From: Herminiimonas sp.
GTDB taxonomy: Bacteria; Pseudomonadota; Gammaproteobacteria; Burkholderiales; Burkholderiaceae_D
NCBI GenBank assembly: GCA_043729515.1
Contig: JAYTLK010000259.1
Span: 1,199-65,198 of the forward strand
Direction of reading: 5' to 3'
DNA: 64,000 nucleotides
In this document: piece by piece, positions 35,975-46,956 of the stretch
How the letters are laid out: each line of letters opens with the position of its first letter
How positions within the stretch are numbered: position 1 is the stretch's first letter
Notes under the pieces: generated by a model
What the model was told of the DNA's origin: nothing
The model's database searches: none
The model's input: only the letters and a program-made list of their open reading frames with translations
Program-made: the position numbers and the translations under genes

Positions 35975-37189
35975 TCAGAGGACGGCGGCGATTGCCTCGA
36001 CTACACGGTCGATGTTTGCATGATTCAACGGCGCGACGCAGATGCGTCCGGTATCGACGGCATAGATTGAAAATTCATTGCGCAATCGATCGACCTGCGC
36101 CTTTGTCAAGCCAGAATAGGAAAACATGCCGCGCTGGGCAGTGACGAAGGCAAAGTCATGTGCCGGTGCTTTTTCCTTCAGCTTCGCTACCATCAACTCA
36201 CGCATCTCGCGGATACGGACACGCATGGCAGCCAGTTCGGCTTCCCATAACTGGCGCAATTCCGGCGAAGCCAAGGCAGTCGCAACCACCTGGCCACCAT
36301 GCATTGGTGGATTGGAATAATTTGTGCGGACGACGCGCTTGAGCTGCGACAAAACGCGGCTCCCTTCTTCAGCATTGGCGGCAACGATGCTCAGCGCGCC
36401 AACACGCTCTCCGTACAGCGAAAACGACTTGGAAAACGAGTTCGAGACGAACAACGGGCCGCCCGCCTCAGTGAAGCGGCGCACCACCTGACCGTCGGCT
36501 TCGATGCCATCGCCAAAGCCCTGGTACGCCATGTCCAGGAACGGAATCAAGCCACGCTGAGTCACAGCGGAAATCACCTCGGTCCACTGACTGTCCGACA
36601 GGTCAGCGCCAGTTGGATTATGGCAACAGGCATGCAAAACGATGATCGAGCCGGCTTTCAACGTTTGCAGGTAGGCCAGCATTGCAGGAAAGTCAACACC
36701 CCGTGTTGTCGGGTCATAGTACGGATAGTTGTGTACGGTGAAACCTGCAGACTCGAACAAGGCGCGGTGGTTTTCCCAGCTTGGATTGCTGATGTAGACC
36801 GCCGAACCAGGTGAGAAGCGCTTGAGAAAATCTGCACCGAGCTTCAATGCGCCGGTGCCGCCGATCGCTTGCGCCGTGATGGCCCTTTTTTCTTGAATAA
36901 CGGCGCTCCCGGCCCCAAATACGAGTTCTTGTACCGCCGCGTCATAGGCGGCCAAACCTTCGATTGGCAAATACGTGCGCGGCGCTGCTTTTTCCATCAA
37001 CGACATTTCCGCCTTCCGGACGCAATCAAGCAGTGGCACCTTGCCGTTTTCGTCGTAATACACACCCACGCCGAGGTTGATTTTCTGCGGATTCATGTCT
37101 GCATTGAACGCTTCGGTCAGACCCAGGATCGGATCGCGGGGCGCCATTTCAATGGTGGAAAGTACGGATGGAAGAAGGGGTGCGTTCAT
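35975..37189 (-). CDS. aspartate/aromatic amino acid aminotransferase (class I, AspC/TyrB type)
   Basis: APRDPILGLTEAFNADMNPQKINLGVGVYYDENGKVP and SFSKSFSLYGERVG (PLP-Lys) motifs. Start trimmed to ATG 37189. Confidence 0.88.
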   Translation of the reverse strand: MNAPLLPSVLSTIEMAPRDPILGLTEAFNADMNPQKINLGVGVYYDENGKVPLLDCVRKAEMSLMEKAAPRTYLPIEGLAAYDAAVQELVFGAGSAVIQEKRAITAQAIGGTGALKLGADFLKRFSPGSAVYISNPSWENHRALFESAGFTVHNYPYYDPTTRGVDFPAMLAYLQTLKAGSIIVLHACCHNPTGADLSDSQWTEVISAVTQRGLIPFLDMAYQGFGDGIEADGQVVRRFTEAGGPLFVSNSFSKSFSLYGERVGALSIVAANAEEGSRVLSQLKRVVRTNYSNPPMHGGQVVATALASPELRQLWEAELAAMRVRIREMRELMVAKLKEKAPAHDFAFVTAQRGMFSYSGLTKAQVDRLRNEFSIYAVDTGRICVAPLNHANIDRVVEAIAAVL

Positions 37190-37329
37190 CGTGATAACAT
37201 CAAAGGTTGGCTGGGGCGGGGGATGGAAGACTTGCTGTTGGCTGCCCGGGTTGGGCGCGTGTCGCGCATTCAATGAGTGCGCATGTCGCGTCGGCTGCAG
37301 CCCGTCATATTACCAAAGGTCTACAGAAC

Positions 37330-39423
37330 ATGGCTGATTTATCCCAAGTTTCCAGCACGATAGACGAATCAAAAATAGTCACTTTTCCAGACTCGCCGTT
37401 CCGGCTTTTCCAGCCGTTCGCGCCGGCGGGCGATCAGCCGGCGGCGATTGCGCAATTGGTTGAAGGGATCAACGATGGCCTGTCATATCAGACCCTGTTG
37501 GGTGTGACCGGATCGGGCAAGACGTACACAATGGCCAACGTGATTGCACGGATGGGGCGGCCTGCGATCATCTTCGCGCCCAACAAAACGCTTGCGGCCC
37601 AGTTGTACAGCGAATTCCGCGAGTTTTTTCCGCAAAATGCCGTCGAGTACTTCGTCAGTTATTACGATTACTACCAGCCAGAGGCGTATGTTCCGCAGCG
37701 CGACTTGTTCATCGAGAAAGATTCTTCGATCAACGAGCATATCGAGCAGATGCGCTTGTCATGCACGAAATCGTTGATGGAACGACGCGACGTCGTGATC
37801 GTGGCAACCGTGTCGGCGATCTACGGCATCGGCAATCCGAATGAATATCACCAGATGATCCTGACCTTGCGGGCGCGTGACAAGGTCAGCCAGCGTGACA
37901 TCATTGCCCGCCTGATCCAGATGCAGTACACCCGCAACGAGATCGATTTCAGCCGGGGCATGTTCCGGGTGCGGGGCGACACGATCGATGTGTTTCCAGC
38001 CGAGCATGCAGAACTGGCCGTGCGCATCGAAATGTTCGACGACGAGATCGACAGCCTGCAGTTGTTCGATCCGCTCACCGGCAGGATACGGCAGAAGATT
38101 CCCCGTTTTACGGTCTATCCCGGGTCGCATTACGTCACGCCGCGCAGCACGGTCCTGCGGGCGATCGAATCGATCAAGCTGGAATTGCGCGACCGTCTGG
38201 AGTTTTTCCGCAAAGAAAACAAGCTGATCGAGGAGCAGCGGTTGGAGCAGCGCACCCGGTTTGACCTCGAAATGATGCAGGAGATCGGTTTCACCAAGGG
38301 GATCGAAAACTATTCGCGGCACCTGAGCGGCGCCATGCCAGGCGAGCCGCCGCCGACGTTGGTCGACTACCTGCCGCCGGATGCGCTGATGTTCATGGAC
38401 GAGTCGCATGTGCTGCTGGGGCAACTCAACGGCATGTACAACGGCGATCGGGCGCGCAAGACCAACCTGGTCGATTATGGTTTCCGCCTTCCATCAGCGC
38501 TGGACAACCGCCCGCTGCGCTTCGATGAATTCGAAGGGAAGATGCGGCAGACCGTGTTCGTTTCCGCCACGCCGGCGGATTACGAAACCAAGCATGCCGG
38601 GCAGGTGGTGGAACAGGTGGTGCGCCCGACGGGCCTGGTGGATCCTGGCATCGAAGTTCGGCCGGCGTCGTCACAGGTCGATGATCTGATGAACGAGATC
38701 ACCGACCGGGTCTCGAAAAACGAACGGGTGCTGGTGACGACGCTGACAAAGCGGATGTCGGAGCAGTTGACCGAATTTTTAAGCGACAACGGCGTGAAGG
38801 TGCGCTATTTGCACAGCGACATCGACACCGTCGAGCGGGTGGAAATCATCCGTGATCTGCGCCTGGGGACTTTCGACGTTCTGGTCGGCATCAATCTGTT
38901 GCGGGAAGGACTGGATCTCCCGGAGGTGTCGCTGGTCGCGATTCTCGACGCCGACAAGGAAGGTTTCTTGCGGTCCGAGCGCAGCTTGATCCAGACCATC
39001 GGACGCGCGGCGCGGAACCTCAACGGCAAGGCAATCCTGTACGGCGACAAGATCACGGACTCGATGCGACGGGCGATCGACGAGACGGAGCGGCGGCGCA
39101 CGAAGCAGGTGGCATTCAATCTCGAGCACAACATCACGCCGACCGGCATCCAGAAGGAAATCAAGGATCTGATTGACGGCGTCTACAGTCAGGCCGAGGC
39201 ACGTGCCGGATTGCAGGCTGCCCAGGAGACAGCGAAATACGAGTCGATGAGTGAAAAGCAGGTAAGCAAGGAAATCAAGCGCCTGGAAAAGCTCATGATC
39301 GATCACGCCAAGAACCTGGAATTCGAAAAAGCCGCGCAGGTCCGCGATCAGCTGCGGATCGTCAAGGAGCAATTGTTCGGTGCGGGCGGTAGCGATAACG
39401 TCGTGCCGCTGGCACAAGGATGA
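37330..39423 (+). CDS. uvrB: excinuclease ABC subunit B
   Basis: [17 protein letters not shown], Walker A GVTGSGKT, helicase motifs, and C-terminal UVR domain ([13 protein letters not shown]). Start at ATG 37330. Confidence 0.95.
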   Translation: MADLSQVSSTIDESKIVTFPDSPFRLFQPFAPAGDQPAAIAQLVEGINDGLSYQTLLGVTGSGKTYTMANVIARMGRPAIIFAPNKTLAAQLYSEFREFFPQNAVEYFVSYYDYYQPEAYVPQRDLFIEKDSSINEHIEQMRLSCTKSLMERRDVVIVATVSAIYGIGNPNEYHQMILTLRARDKVSQRDIIARLIQMQYTRNEIDFSRGMFRVRGDTIDVFPAEHAELAVRIEMFDDEIDSLQLFDPLTGRIRQKIPRFTVYPGSHYVTPRSTVLRAIESIKLELRDRLEFFRKENKLIEEQRLEQRTRFDLEMMQEIGFTKGIENYSRHLSGAMPGEPPPTLVDYLPPDALMFMDESHVLLGQLNGMYNGDRARKTNLVDYGFRLPSALDNRPLRFDEFEGKMRQTVFVSATPADYETKHAGQVVEQVVRPTGLVDPGIEVRPASSQVDDLMNEITDRVSKNERVLVTTLTKRMSEQLTEFLSDNGVKVRYLHSDIDTVERVEIIRDLRLGTFDVLVGINLLREGLDLPEVSLVAILDADKEGFLRSERSLIQTIGRAARNLNGKAILYGDKITDSMRRAIDETERRRTKQVAFNLEHNITPTGIQKEIKDLIDGVYSQAEARAGLQAAQETAKYESMSEKQVSKEIKRLEKLMIDHAKNLEFEKAAQVRDQLRIVKEQLFGAGGSDNVVPLAQG

Positions 39424-40289
39424 CCGGCACGCCTGCTCCTGGTCCCCTGATCGATCGGGCGACAGGGGCAGATGCGCCGGCGCGATGGTTGGCCGACATG
39501 GCTGGGCGTCATCGCGACATGATTGACAGGATGCTGGACCAGGCGCATCCCGCCTGGCAACCGGTGCTCCTGCTCGGGCTGCATGCGCTTTCCAGAAAAG
39601 ACGCGGAGTATTTGCCGGCCTTGCTGGATGGCGCGTTTCTGCCAACCAAAGCTCGTCTGTTCGCCGCGTTTTCCCGTGCGCCGGAGGCAACCCGTTATGT
39701 ATTGGTGGGGGAAGGGCCGTATCCGCGCGAAGCCAGTGCGACCGGCGTGTGCTTCATGGATGGCGCCGTCGACTCCCTCTGGTCGACGAAGGGATTGTCT
39801 ACCGCGGTCAATCGCGCAACCTCGCTGCGTAATTTCATGAAAATGCTGCTCGTCGCGGACGGCGCTCTTGCGGCTGAGCGGACATCTGGCGACGCCCTGA
39901 CTGGTGTCGCTGCGCGCGCGGTCCTATCCGACTCAGGCAGGATCAAGACCTTGCCGGAGCTTCAGGAAAACCTGGTCATGCGGGGCTTCTTGTTGTTGAA
40001 CGCCGCACTGGTGTTTCGCGCCGACGTACCGCCTGCGCAGGAAGCGCGCGCGTGGCGCCCGTTTCTGGAAGTCATCCTGGCCCATTTGCTGCAGACGGCA
40101 ATAGAGGCAGGCATCGATCCGCCGACGCTCGTACTGTGGGGGAAAATTGCCGCGCAGATTGATGGATTCGCGGCTGCAAGCATGTTTCCGAGATCGGCAG
40201 CCGAGCATCCGTACAACCTCAGCTTCATTACCAACCCAGCCATGCAGGCGCTGTTTCGCCCCATGAATTTGCTGCAAAGCCGCATTTGA
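39420..40289 (+). CDS. uracil-DNA glycosylase-fold protein (family-1-like, divergent motif A)
   Basis: By-eye alignment to E. coli Ung. [21 protein letters not shown] aligns with [34 protein letters not shown] aligns with GVLLLNTVLTVRA. LVLWG aligns with FLLWG. EHPYNLS aligns with PHPSPLS. ATGA overlap with the uvrB stop. Confidence 0.6.
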   Translation: MTGTPAPGPLIDRATGADAPARWLADMAGRHRDMIDRMLDQAHPAWQPVLLLGLHALSRKDAEYLPALLDGAFLPTKARLFAAFSRAPEATRYVLVGEGPYPREASATGVCFMDGAVDSLWSTKGLSTAVNRATSLRNFMKMLLVADGALAAERTSGDALTGVAARAVLSDSGRIKTLPELQENLVMRGFLLLNAALVFRADVPPAQEARAWRPFLEVILAHLLQTAIEAGIDPPTLVLWGKIAAQIDGFAAASMFPRSAAEHPYNLSFITNPAMQALFRPMNLLQSRI

Positions 40290-40412
40290 CCGTTTTTGTC
40301 TGCCGCTCACTACGCGCCGTCCGAAAAAATGCAATTCGACAAGATATTGGTTGAAGTGAATATAAGTCGGGGGCGATTCGTTCATGCACCCCGAGGCGCC
40401 CGGGACAGACCA

Positions 40413-40466
40413 GTACCTGACAAGATTACTCAAGTTTGCTATACTTGAGTGAATTGATCGGCTATT
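40413..40466 (+). promoter_or_regulatory. Candidate IscR operator(s) in the isc promoter region
   Basis: 8-bp inverted repeat ACTCAAGT-n7-ACTTGAGT (40428-40450) flanked by TACCTGAC and GATCGGCTAT. It resembles type-1 IscR sites (ATAnnnGAC...ACTC.G) as I remember them. It lies 36-90 nt upstream of iscR. Confidence 0.4.
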
Positions 40467-40501
40467 CACTTTGATGCCGAATGAGATCAGGACGGGTAAC
40501 C

Positions 40502-40972
40502 ATGCGTTTGACCACAAAAGGCCGTTTTGCCGTAACTGCCATGATCGACGTTGCAATGCGGCAAGATCAAGGCCCGGTGACACTGGCAGGAATCAGCGCT
40601 CGGCAGGAAATTTCGCTTTCTTATCTGGAGCAGCTTTTCGGCAAGCTGCGGCGGCATGAGATCGTCGAGTCGGTGCGTGGCCCGGGTGGCGGTTACCACT
40701 TGGCGCGGCCGGCGCAGGATGTCACGGTTGCCGACATCATCATTGCCGTTGACGAGCCGATCGATGCGACGCAATGCGGCGGCAAGGAAAACTGCCATGG
40801 CTCCGAGGAGCACGGCGTGCGTTGCATGACGCACGATCTGTGGGCCACGCTGAACGCGAAGATGGTTGATTATCTCGACTCAGTGTCATTGAAAGATCTG
40901 GTCGATCAGCAAAGACTGAAGCAGTCCGAACAAAACGTCGTCGTGGTGCATCGGCACCATGCCGCAGCTTGA
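40502..40972 (+). CDS. iscR: Fe-S cluster assembly transcriptional regulator IscR (Rrf2 family)
   Basis: [18 protein letters not shown]... Rrf2 wHTH, and a Cys-containing ligand region (CGGKENCHG...RCMTHDLW). Confidence 0.92.
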   Translation: MRLTTKGRFAVTAMIDVAMRQDQGPVTLAGISARQEISLSYLEQLFGKLRRHEIVESVRGPGGGYHLARPAQDVTVADIIIAVDEPIDATQCGGKENCHGSEEHGVRCMTHDLWATLNAKMVDYLDSVSLKDLVDQQRLKQSEQNVVVVHRHHAAA

Positions 40973-40992
40973 ATTTAACGGAGCGTCGTGAG

Positions 40993-42246
40993 ATGAATGC
41001 ACCAATCGAACAAAGTTTGCTGGACACGCTGAAAGCGCCGCATTTCCCGATTTACATGGATTACTCCTCCACGACGCCGATCGACCCGCGCGTGGCGGAC
41101 AAGATGATCCCCTATCTGCGCGAGCAGTTCGGTAATCCGGCCTCGCGCAGCCACATGTACGGCTGGACCGCCGAGAAGGCGGTCGAGGAAGCGCGTGCAC
41201 AGGTCGCCGCGCTGGTACACGCCGACCCACGCGAGATCATCTGGACTTCCGGCGCAACCGAAGGCAACAACCTGGCCATCAAGGGTGCGGCGCATTTCTA
41301 CAAAACCCGTGGCAAGCACATCATCACGGTCAAGACCGAACACAAGGCGGTGCTCGACACGGTGCGTGAACTGGAGCGCCAGGGCTTCGAGGCGACCTAT
41401 CTGCAGCCGCTGGACAATGGCCTGATCACGATCGAGCAGTTGGCCGAGGCGATTCGTCCGGACACGATCCTGGTATCGGTCATGCTGGTCAATAACGAGA
41501 TCGGCGTGATCCAGCCGATCGATGCCATCGGTGAACTCTGCCGCAGCAAGGGCATCATTTTTCACTGCGATGCGGCGCAGGCGACCGGCAAGATCGAGAT
41601 CGACCTGGAAAAGACCAAGGTCGACCTGATGACGTTCACGGCCCACAAGACCTATGGCCCGAAAGGCATCGGCGCGTTGTATGTGCGCCGCAAGCCGCGG
41701 GTGCGGATCGAGGCGCAGATGCATGGCGGCGGGCACGAGCGCGGTCTGCGTTCAGGCACGCTGGCCACGCACCAGATCGTCGGCATGGGCGAGGCGTTCC
41801 GGATCGCCCGCGAGGAAATGGACAGCGAGCGGGCCCGCATCATCGGCCTGCGCGATCGACTGGCCAAGGGCCTGCAGGAGATCGAAGAGGTCTACATCAA
41901 CGGCGACATGGCGCACCGGGTGCCGCACAACCTGAACGTGAGCTTCAATTACGTCGAAGGGGAATCGCTGATCATGGCGATCAAGGATCTGGCGGTGTCG
42001 TCCGGTTCGGCTTGTACTTCGGCCAGTCTGGAACCATCTTATGTATTGCGGGCACTGGGCCGCAGTGATGAACTGGCGCACAGCTCGATCCGTTTCACGT
42101 TCGGGCGCTTCACAACTGAAGCTGAGATCGACTTCACCATCGGGCTGATCAAGGAAAAAGTTGCCAAGCTGCGCGAACTGTCGCCGCTGTGGGACATGCA
42201 CAAGGAAGGCATCGACCTCAGCACGATCCAGTGGGCGGCGCACTAG
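40993..42246 (+). CDS. iscS: cysteine desulfurase IscS
   Basis: [19 protein letters not shown]-Lys region [11 protein letters not shown], and active-site loop [17 protein letters not shown]. Start at ATG 40993 with acggag RBS. Confidence 0.95.
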   Translation: MNAPIEQSLLDTLKAPHFPIYMDYSSTTPIDPRVADKMIPYLREQFGNPASRSHMYGWTAEKAVEEARAQVAALVHADPREIIWTSGATEGNNLAIKGAAHFYKTRGKHIITVKTEHKAVLDTVRELERQGFEATYLQPLDNGLITIEQLAEAIRPDTILVSVMLVNNEIGVIQPIDAIGELCRSKGIIFHCDAAQATGKIEIDLEKTKVDLMTFTAHKTYGPKGIGALYVRRKPRVRIEAQMHGGGHERGLRSGTLATHQIVGMGEAFRIAREEMDSERARIIGLRDRLAKGLQEIEEVYINGDMAHRVPHNLNVSFNYVEGESLIMAIKDLAVSSGSACTSASLEPSYVLRALGRSDELAHSSIRFTFGRFTTEAEIDFTIGLIKEKVAKLRELSPLWDMHKEGIDLSTIQWAAH

Positions 42247-42310
42247 CATAAAAGAATCGACCGGAGTTTGCCATTTCGGCGCCCGGTATCATCATCGAAG
42301 GAGCAGCAAA

Positions 42311-42712
42311 ATGGCTTATTCCGAAAAAGTACTCGATCATTACGAGAATCCACGCAATGTCGGCGCCTTCGACAAGGGTGACGACAGCATCGGCACCGGC
42401 ATGGTCGGCGCGCCTGCCTGCGGCGACGTCATGAAACTGCAGATCAAGGTCGGCGCCGACGGCCTGATCGAGGATGCGAAATTCAAGACCTATGGCTGCG
42501 GCTCGGCGATTGCGTCGTCGTCGCTGGTGACAGAATGGGTCAAGGGCAAGACGCTGGATCAGGCGCTGGACATTCGCAACACGCAGATCGCCGAAGAGCT
42601 GGCGCTGCCACCGGTGAAGATCCATTGCTCGATCCTGGCTGAAGACGCGATCAAGGCGGCCGTGGCGGATTACAAGACGAAGCACAACATCGCTGCCAAG
42701 GCAGTGGCCTGA
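42311..42712 (+). CDS. iscU: Fe-S cluster scaffold IscU
   Basis: [41 protein letters not shown] and [11 protein letters not shown] motifs. Confidence 0.95.
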   Translation: MAYSEKVLDHYENPRNVGAFDKGDDSIGTGMVGAPACGDVMKLQIKVGADGLIEDAKFKTYGCGSAIASSSLVTEWVKGKTLDQALDIRNTQIAEELALPPVKIHCSILAEDAIKAAVADYKTKHNIAAKAVA

Positions 42713-42729
42713 GCTGCAAGGATCTGACG

Positions 42730-43053
42730 ATGGCAATCACCCTGACCGAAAAAGCAGCCAAGCACATCAGCCGCTACATCGACCGCCGCGGCAAGGGCAT
42801 TGGCCTGCGCTTTGGCGTGCGTACCACAGGTTGTTCGGGGCTGGCCTACAAGCTGGAATATGTCGATGAAAGCACGAGCGAAGACAGTATCTTCGAGTCG
42901 CACGGCATCAAGGTGTTCGTCGATCCGAAGAGCCTGCCTTACATCGACGGCACCGAACTCGATTTTGCACGGGAAGGGTTGAACGAAGGCTTCAAGTTCC
43001 ATAATCCGAACGTCAAGGACGAGTGCGGGTGTGGTGAAAGCTTTCGCATCTAG
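42730..43053 (+). CDS. iscA: Fe-S cluster insertion protein IscA
   Basis: 107 aa. A-type carrier with the C-terminal CGCGESF motif. Confidence 0.93.
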   Translation: MAITLTEKAAKHISRYIDRRGKGIGLRFGVRTTGCSGLAYKLEYVDESTSEDSIFESHGIKVFVDPKSLPYIDGTELDFAREGLNEGFKFHNPNVKDECGCGESFRI

Positions 43054-43117
43054 TCATCGTGCCGGATGCATTTTTGTAATGCATCACCGGCGCGGATCGG
43101 TCGGTATCCAGCTTTCG

Positions 43118-43149
43118 AGCCTGTCGATGTCCGAACAGGCTTTTGTTTT
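43118..43149 (+). terminator. Intra-operon terminator-like hairpin between iscA and hscB
   Basis: Stem AGCCTGT / ACAGGCT with a 10-nt loop, followed by TTTTGTTTT. It ends 9 nt before the hscB ATG. Confidence 0.4.
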
Positions 43150-43157
43150 GAGTTTGC

Positions 43158-43670
43158 ATGCAAAATCACTTCGAATTGTTCGACCTGCCGGCGCGTTTTA
43201 CCATCGATCCGATACGACTCGACCGCGCCTATCATCACGTCCAGGGCCGTGTTCATCCGGACCGCTTCTCGACCGCCAGCGACGCCGAAAAACGCGTTGC
43301 AATGCAATGGGCGACGCGGGCAAACGAGGCCTATCAAACCCTGAAGCAGCCCTTGACGCGTGCTGCCTATTTGTGTGAACTGAACGGTGTCGACCTGCAG
43401 GTGGAATCGAACACCGCCATGCCGCCGGGATTCTTGATGCAGCAGATCGAATGGCGCGAGGCGCTGGACGACGCGCGTGCCGCGCGCGACGAGGCCGGTC
43501 TGGAGGTGCTGGATGCAACCCTGGCTGCCAGCCGCCGGGAATTGATCGAGGCGATCGGTCAGGCGCTTGACGCCGATGCGTTTGCTGCAGCCGCCATCGA
43601 CGTGCGCAAGCTGATGTTCATCGAAAAATTCGGTGAAGAAGTCGGCGCCACCTTCGACTGGCTCGCTTGA
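43158..43670 (+). CDS. hscB: Fe-S cluster co-chaperone HscB
   Basis: J-domain with HPDRF, plus a C-terminal helical domain. 170 aa. Confidence 0.9.
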   Translation: MQNHFELFDLPARFTIDPIRLDRAYHHVQGRVHPDRFSTASDAEKRVAMQWATRANEAYQTLKQPLTRAAYLCELNGVDLQVESNTAMPPGFLMQQIEWREALDDARAARDEAGLEVLDATLAASRRELIEAIGQALDADAFAAAAIDVRKLMFIEKFGEEVGATFDWLA

Positions 43671-43727
43671 AGGTCAAGCAAGCCGTTACCGCCATTTTTT
43701 ACGCCTACCAGAATCGAACGACACATC

Positions 43728-45590
43728 ATGGCGCTACTGCAGATCTCCGAACCCGGCATGTCGACCGCGCCGCACCAGCACCGACTGGCCGTGGGCATCG
43801 ACCTCGGCACGACCAACTCGCTGGTGGCGACGGTGCGCAACAGCGTGCCCGAAGTGTTGAACGATGAAGAGGGCCGGGCACTGTTGCCGTCGGTCGTGCG
43901 GTATCTGGCGAATGGCCATGCGAAAATCGGACATGTGGCCGAAGCCGCCCGCACGATTGATCCGAAGAACACGATCGTCTCGGTCAAGCGGTTCATGGGC
44001 CGGGGATTGAAGGACATTGCCCACGCTGAAAATCTGCCATATGACTTCCTTGACTCGCCCGGCATGGTGCAATTGAAGACCGTGGCGGGCGTGAAAAGTC
44101 CGGTGGAAGTGTCGGCCCAGATCCTGGCCACGCTGCGTCAACTGGCTGAAGATGCATTGGGCGACGAGCTGGTGGGCGCCGTCATCACGGTGCCGGCGTA
44201 TTTCGACGATGCGCAACGCCAGGCCACCAAGGATGCCGCCAAACTGGCGGGCCTGAATGTGCTGCGACTGCTGAACGAACCGACAGCGGCCGCGATCGCT
44301 TATGGCCTCGACAATGCATCCGAAGGTATTTTTGCCGTCTATGACCTGGGCGGCGGCACCTTCGACATCTCGATTCTGAAACTGACGCGTGGTGTTTTCG
44401 AGGTTCTGTCGACGGGTGGTGATTCTGCCCTGGGTGGCGACGACTTCGATCATCGGATCCTGTGCTGGATCATTGCCGAAGCCGGTCTGGCACCCTTGTC
44501 GGATCAAGATACCAGTTTGCTCATGGTCAAGTCACGCGAAGCGAAGGAATTGTTGTCGACGCACAGCGAAACCCATATCGACGCGACCTTGCGCTCCGGC
44601 GAAGAGGTGCGCCTCACCTTGAGCGCAAACACCTTCGTCGACATTACCCGGCATCTGGTGGCAAAGACGATCACGCCGAGCCGCAAGGCGTTGCGCGACG
44701 CCGGGCTGACGGTCGACGACATCGATGGCGTGGTGCTGGTTGGCGGCTCGACCCGCACGCCGCATGTGCGGCGGGCCGTCGGCGAATTTTTTCAAACCAC
44801 GCCATTGGCCAACATCGATCCGGACAAGGTGGTGGCATTGGGTGCGGCGATCCAGGCCAATCTGCTGGCCGGTAACCGCGCCAGTGGTGACGACTGGCTG
44901 TTGCTGGACGTGATTCCCCTGTCGCTCGGCATCGAGACCATGGGCGGGCTGGTGGAAAAGGTCATTCCGCGCAATTCGACCATTCCCTGCGCGCGGGCGC
45001 AGGAATTCACTACCTTCAAGGATGGCCAGGGCGCGATGGCCATCCAGGTGGTGCAGGGAGAGCGGGAGCTGGTGTCGGACTGTCGATCGTTGGCGAAATT
45101 CGACTTGCGCGGCATTCCGCCAATGGCCGCCGGCGCCGCACGCATCCGGGTGACATTCCAGGTCGATGCAGACGGATTGTTGTCGGTTGCAGCTCGGGAA
45201 CTGCGCTCGGGTGTCGAAGCATCGGTGGTCGTCAAGCCGTCCTATGGACTTGCTGACGACACCATTTCCCGCATGCTGCAGGAGTCGTTTACATCGGCAG
45301 CCGGCGACATGCAGGCGCGGGCGCTGCGGGAAGAGCAGGTCGAGGCGGAGCGGATCCTGTCGGCCACGCAGTCGGCTCTGAATGCCGATGCCACGTTGCT
45401 GGAAACGCATGAGCAGCAGGATGTTGCTGGCCTGATGGACGGTGTTCGCGTGGCCATGCAGGGCAACGATCATCAGCGCATCAAGGAGGCGGTCCTGGCC
45501 CTGGCCGATGGCACCGAAGAATTCGCGGCCCGGCGCATGGATCGCAGCGTGCGCTCTGCATTGGCAGGGCGTCGGCTGGATGAGGTGTAG
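43728..45590 (+). CDS. hscA: Fe-S cluster chaperone HscA (Hsp70 family)
   Basis: [20 protein letters not shown] and other Hsp70 signatures. 620 aa. Confidence 0.95.
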   Translation: MALLQISEPGMSTAPHQHRLAVGIDLGTTNSLVATVRNSVPEVLNDEEGRALLPSVVRYLANGHAKIGHVAEAARTIDPKNTIVSVKRFMGRGLKDIAHAENLPYDFLDSPGMVQLKTVAGVKSPVEVSAQILATLRQLAEDALGDELVGAVITVPAYFDDAQRQATKDAAKLAGLNVLRLLNEPTAAAIAYGLDNASEGIFAVYDLGGGTFDISILKLTRGVFEVLSTGGDSALGGDDFDHRILCWIIAEAGLAPLSDQDTSLLMVKSREAKELLSTHSETHIDATLRSGEEVRLTLSANTFVDITRHLVAKTITPSRKALRDAGLTVDDIDGVVLVGGSTRTPHVRRAVGEFFQTTPLANIDPDKVVALGAAIQANLLAGNRASGDDWLLLDVIPLSLGIETMGGLVEKVIPRNSTIPCARAQEFTTFKDGQGAMAIQVVQGERELVSDCRSLAKFDLRGIPPMAAGAARIRVTFQVDADGLLSVAARELRSGVEASVVVKPSYGLADDTISRMLQESFTSAAGDMQARALREEQVEAERILSATQSALNADATLLETHEQQDVAGLMDGVRVAMQGNDHQRIKEAVLALADGTEEFAARRMDRSVRSALAGRRLDEV

Positions 45591-45666
45591 GTTTCACACA
45601 CGTTTTTACAACTACAACAACAACTGCCGGATCGGAAGCTAGCCGACCGGTGAAGAGGAATCCGAA

Positions 45667-46005
45667 GTGCCACAGATCGTCGTTTTGCCCCATCCCGTCC
45701 TGTGTCCGCAAGGCGCCGTCATCGACGCGCCGGCCGGCAAATCCTTGTGCGACGCTTTGTTAGAGCACGACATCGACATCGAGCATGCATGCGAAAAATC
45801 ATGTGCCTGCACCACGTGTCACGTAGTGGTCCGCGAGGGTTTCGATACGCTGGAGCCGGCGGAAGACAAGGAAGAGGATCTGCTGGACAAGGCGTGGGGG
45901 CTGGAAGCCGCGTCACGATTGTCCTGCCAGGTCATTCTGGCAGAGGACGATCTGGTTGTCGAAATACCGAAATACACCATCAACCAGGTCAGTGAAGGCC
46001 ACTGA
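45667..46005 (+). CDS. fdx: [2Fe-2S] ferredoxin of the ISC system
   Basis: GTG start with gagga RBS. CEKSCACTTCHV Cys cluster. 112 aa. Confidence 0.9.
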   Translation: MPQIVVLPHPVLCPQGAVIDAPAGKSLCDALLEHDIDIEHACEKSCACTTCHVVVREGFDTLEPAEDKEEDLLDKAWGLEAASRLSCQVILAEDDLVVEIPKYTINQVSEGH

Positions 46006-46023
46006 CCCGGCAAGACGGTTTGC

Positions 46024-46764
46024 CTAGCCGCGGGTGGCCAGTGCGCCGTTGACGACACGAACCCGGTCGCCCACGCGCCAGCCTTCTTCACCTTGTTGCG
46101 GGAAGCTTCGGACGTTGCCATCTTCCATCCGCACGCGCACCTGGTACGACGTCGTCGACCGGGTTCGTTTCTCGACTTCGTTGCCGCCGTAGCCGCCGGC
46201 CACCGCACCGGCAACCGTAGCCAGCGTGCGTCCATTGCCGCCGCCTACCTGGTTACCGAGCACGCCACCAAGGACAGCGCCGGCAGCGATGCCCAGACCG
46301 CTTGGCTTGGCAGCTTCGCGTACCGCAACCACTGATTCGACCCTGCCGCATTCGTGGCAAATCGCCGGTGCCTTCGCCACTTGCGTGACTTCACGCGTGT
46401 CGTCGTATTGGTAATTCGGCGTCCTGGTGGTGTGATGCGGTGTCGAATGCTTCACCGCCGGTGGCGCAACGTAAGCCGGTGCCGCGCCGGGCGCATAGTT
46501 AGGCACGTAATTCGCGTTTGCTGCAGGATAGGTCGGCGATGGCGTGGCGACGACATTTCTCACCGGTTCGTTCGGTATTGCGACAAGCGACGCCTGGTTC
46601 ATTGCAACTGCCGGCGCCGGTGTGCCATGCGAGGTCGGGAACACGCCAGTGATCGCGGCGACGCCCACCAGGCTGACCAAGGTGACGGCAACGGCAGCAG
46701 TGGCCATGAGTGGATGGATCCGGCCGCGTTGCATCGAAAGACGGTTGAGTTTGTTCTTAGCCAT
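46024..46764 (-). CDS. membrane-anchored glycine-zipper (SlyB/17-kDa-antigen-like) protein
   Basis: caggag RBS before ATG 46764. N-terminal TM anchor, Pro/Ala/Tyr-rich linker, and GLGIAAGAVLGGVLGNQVGGGNGRTLATVAGAVAGGYGG glycine zipper. The track start at 46941 is rejected. Confidence 0.7.
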   Translation of the reverse strand: MAKNKLNRLSMQRGRIHPLMATAAVAVTLVSLVGVAAITGVFPTSHGTPAPAVAMNQASLVAIPNEPVRNVVATPSPTYPAANANYVPNYAPGAAPAYVAPPAVKHSTPHHTTRTPNYQYDDTREVTQVAKAPAICHECGRVESVVAVREAAKPSGLGIAAGAVLGGVLGNQVGGGNGRTLATVAGAVAGGYGGNEVEKRTRSTTSYQVRVRMEDGNVRSFPQQGEEGWRVGDRVRVVNGALATRG

Positions 46765-46865
46765 GTTAGCTCCTGTTGAAAACACAATTATTGTGTCCTG
46801 GAAATAGTATCGCCATTTATGACCGGATCGCAAAGCGCAAATCTGTGTCACTTGTAATGCTTTGT

Positions 46866-46889
46866 AAAAACACGACATCGGCGTCGTGC
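46866..46889 (-). terminator. Rho-independent terminator after lysS
   Basis: Minus strand reads CACGAC-gccgat-GTCGTG followed by TTTTT. It lies about 70 nt downstream of the lysS stop. Confidence 0.65.
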
Positions 46890-46956
46890 CATATTCGCAG
46901 GGAGGGCGGTTGGATCTGCCGAATGCATGCGGGTGTGGCACGCAGCAGATGCCGTC

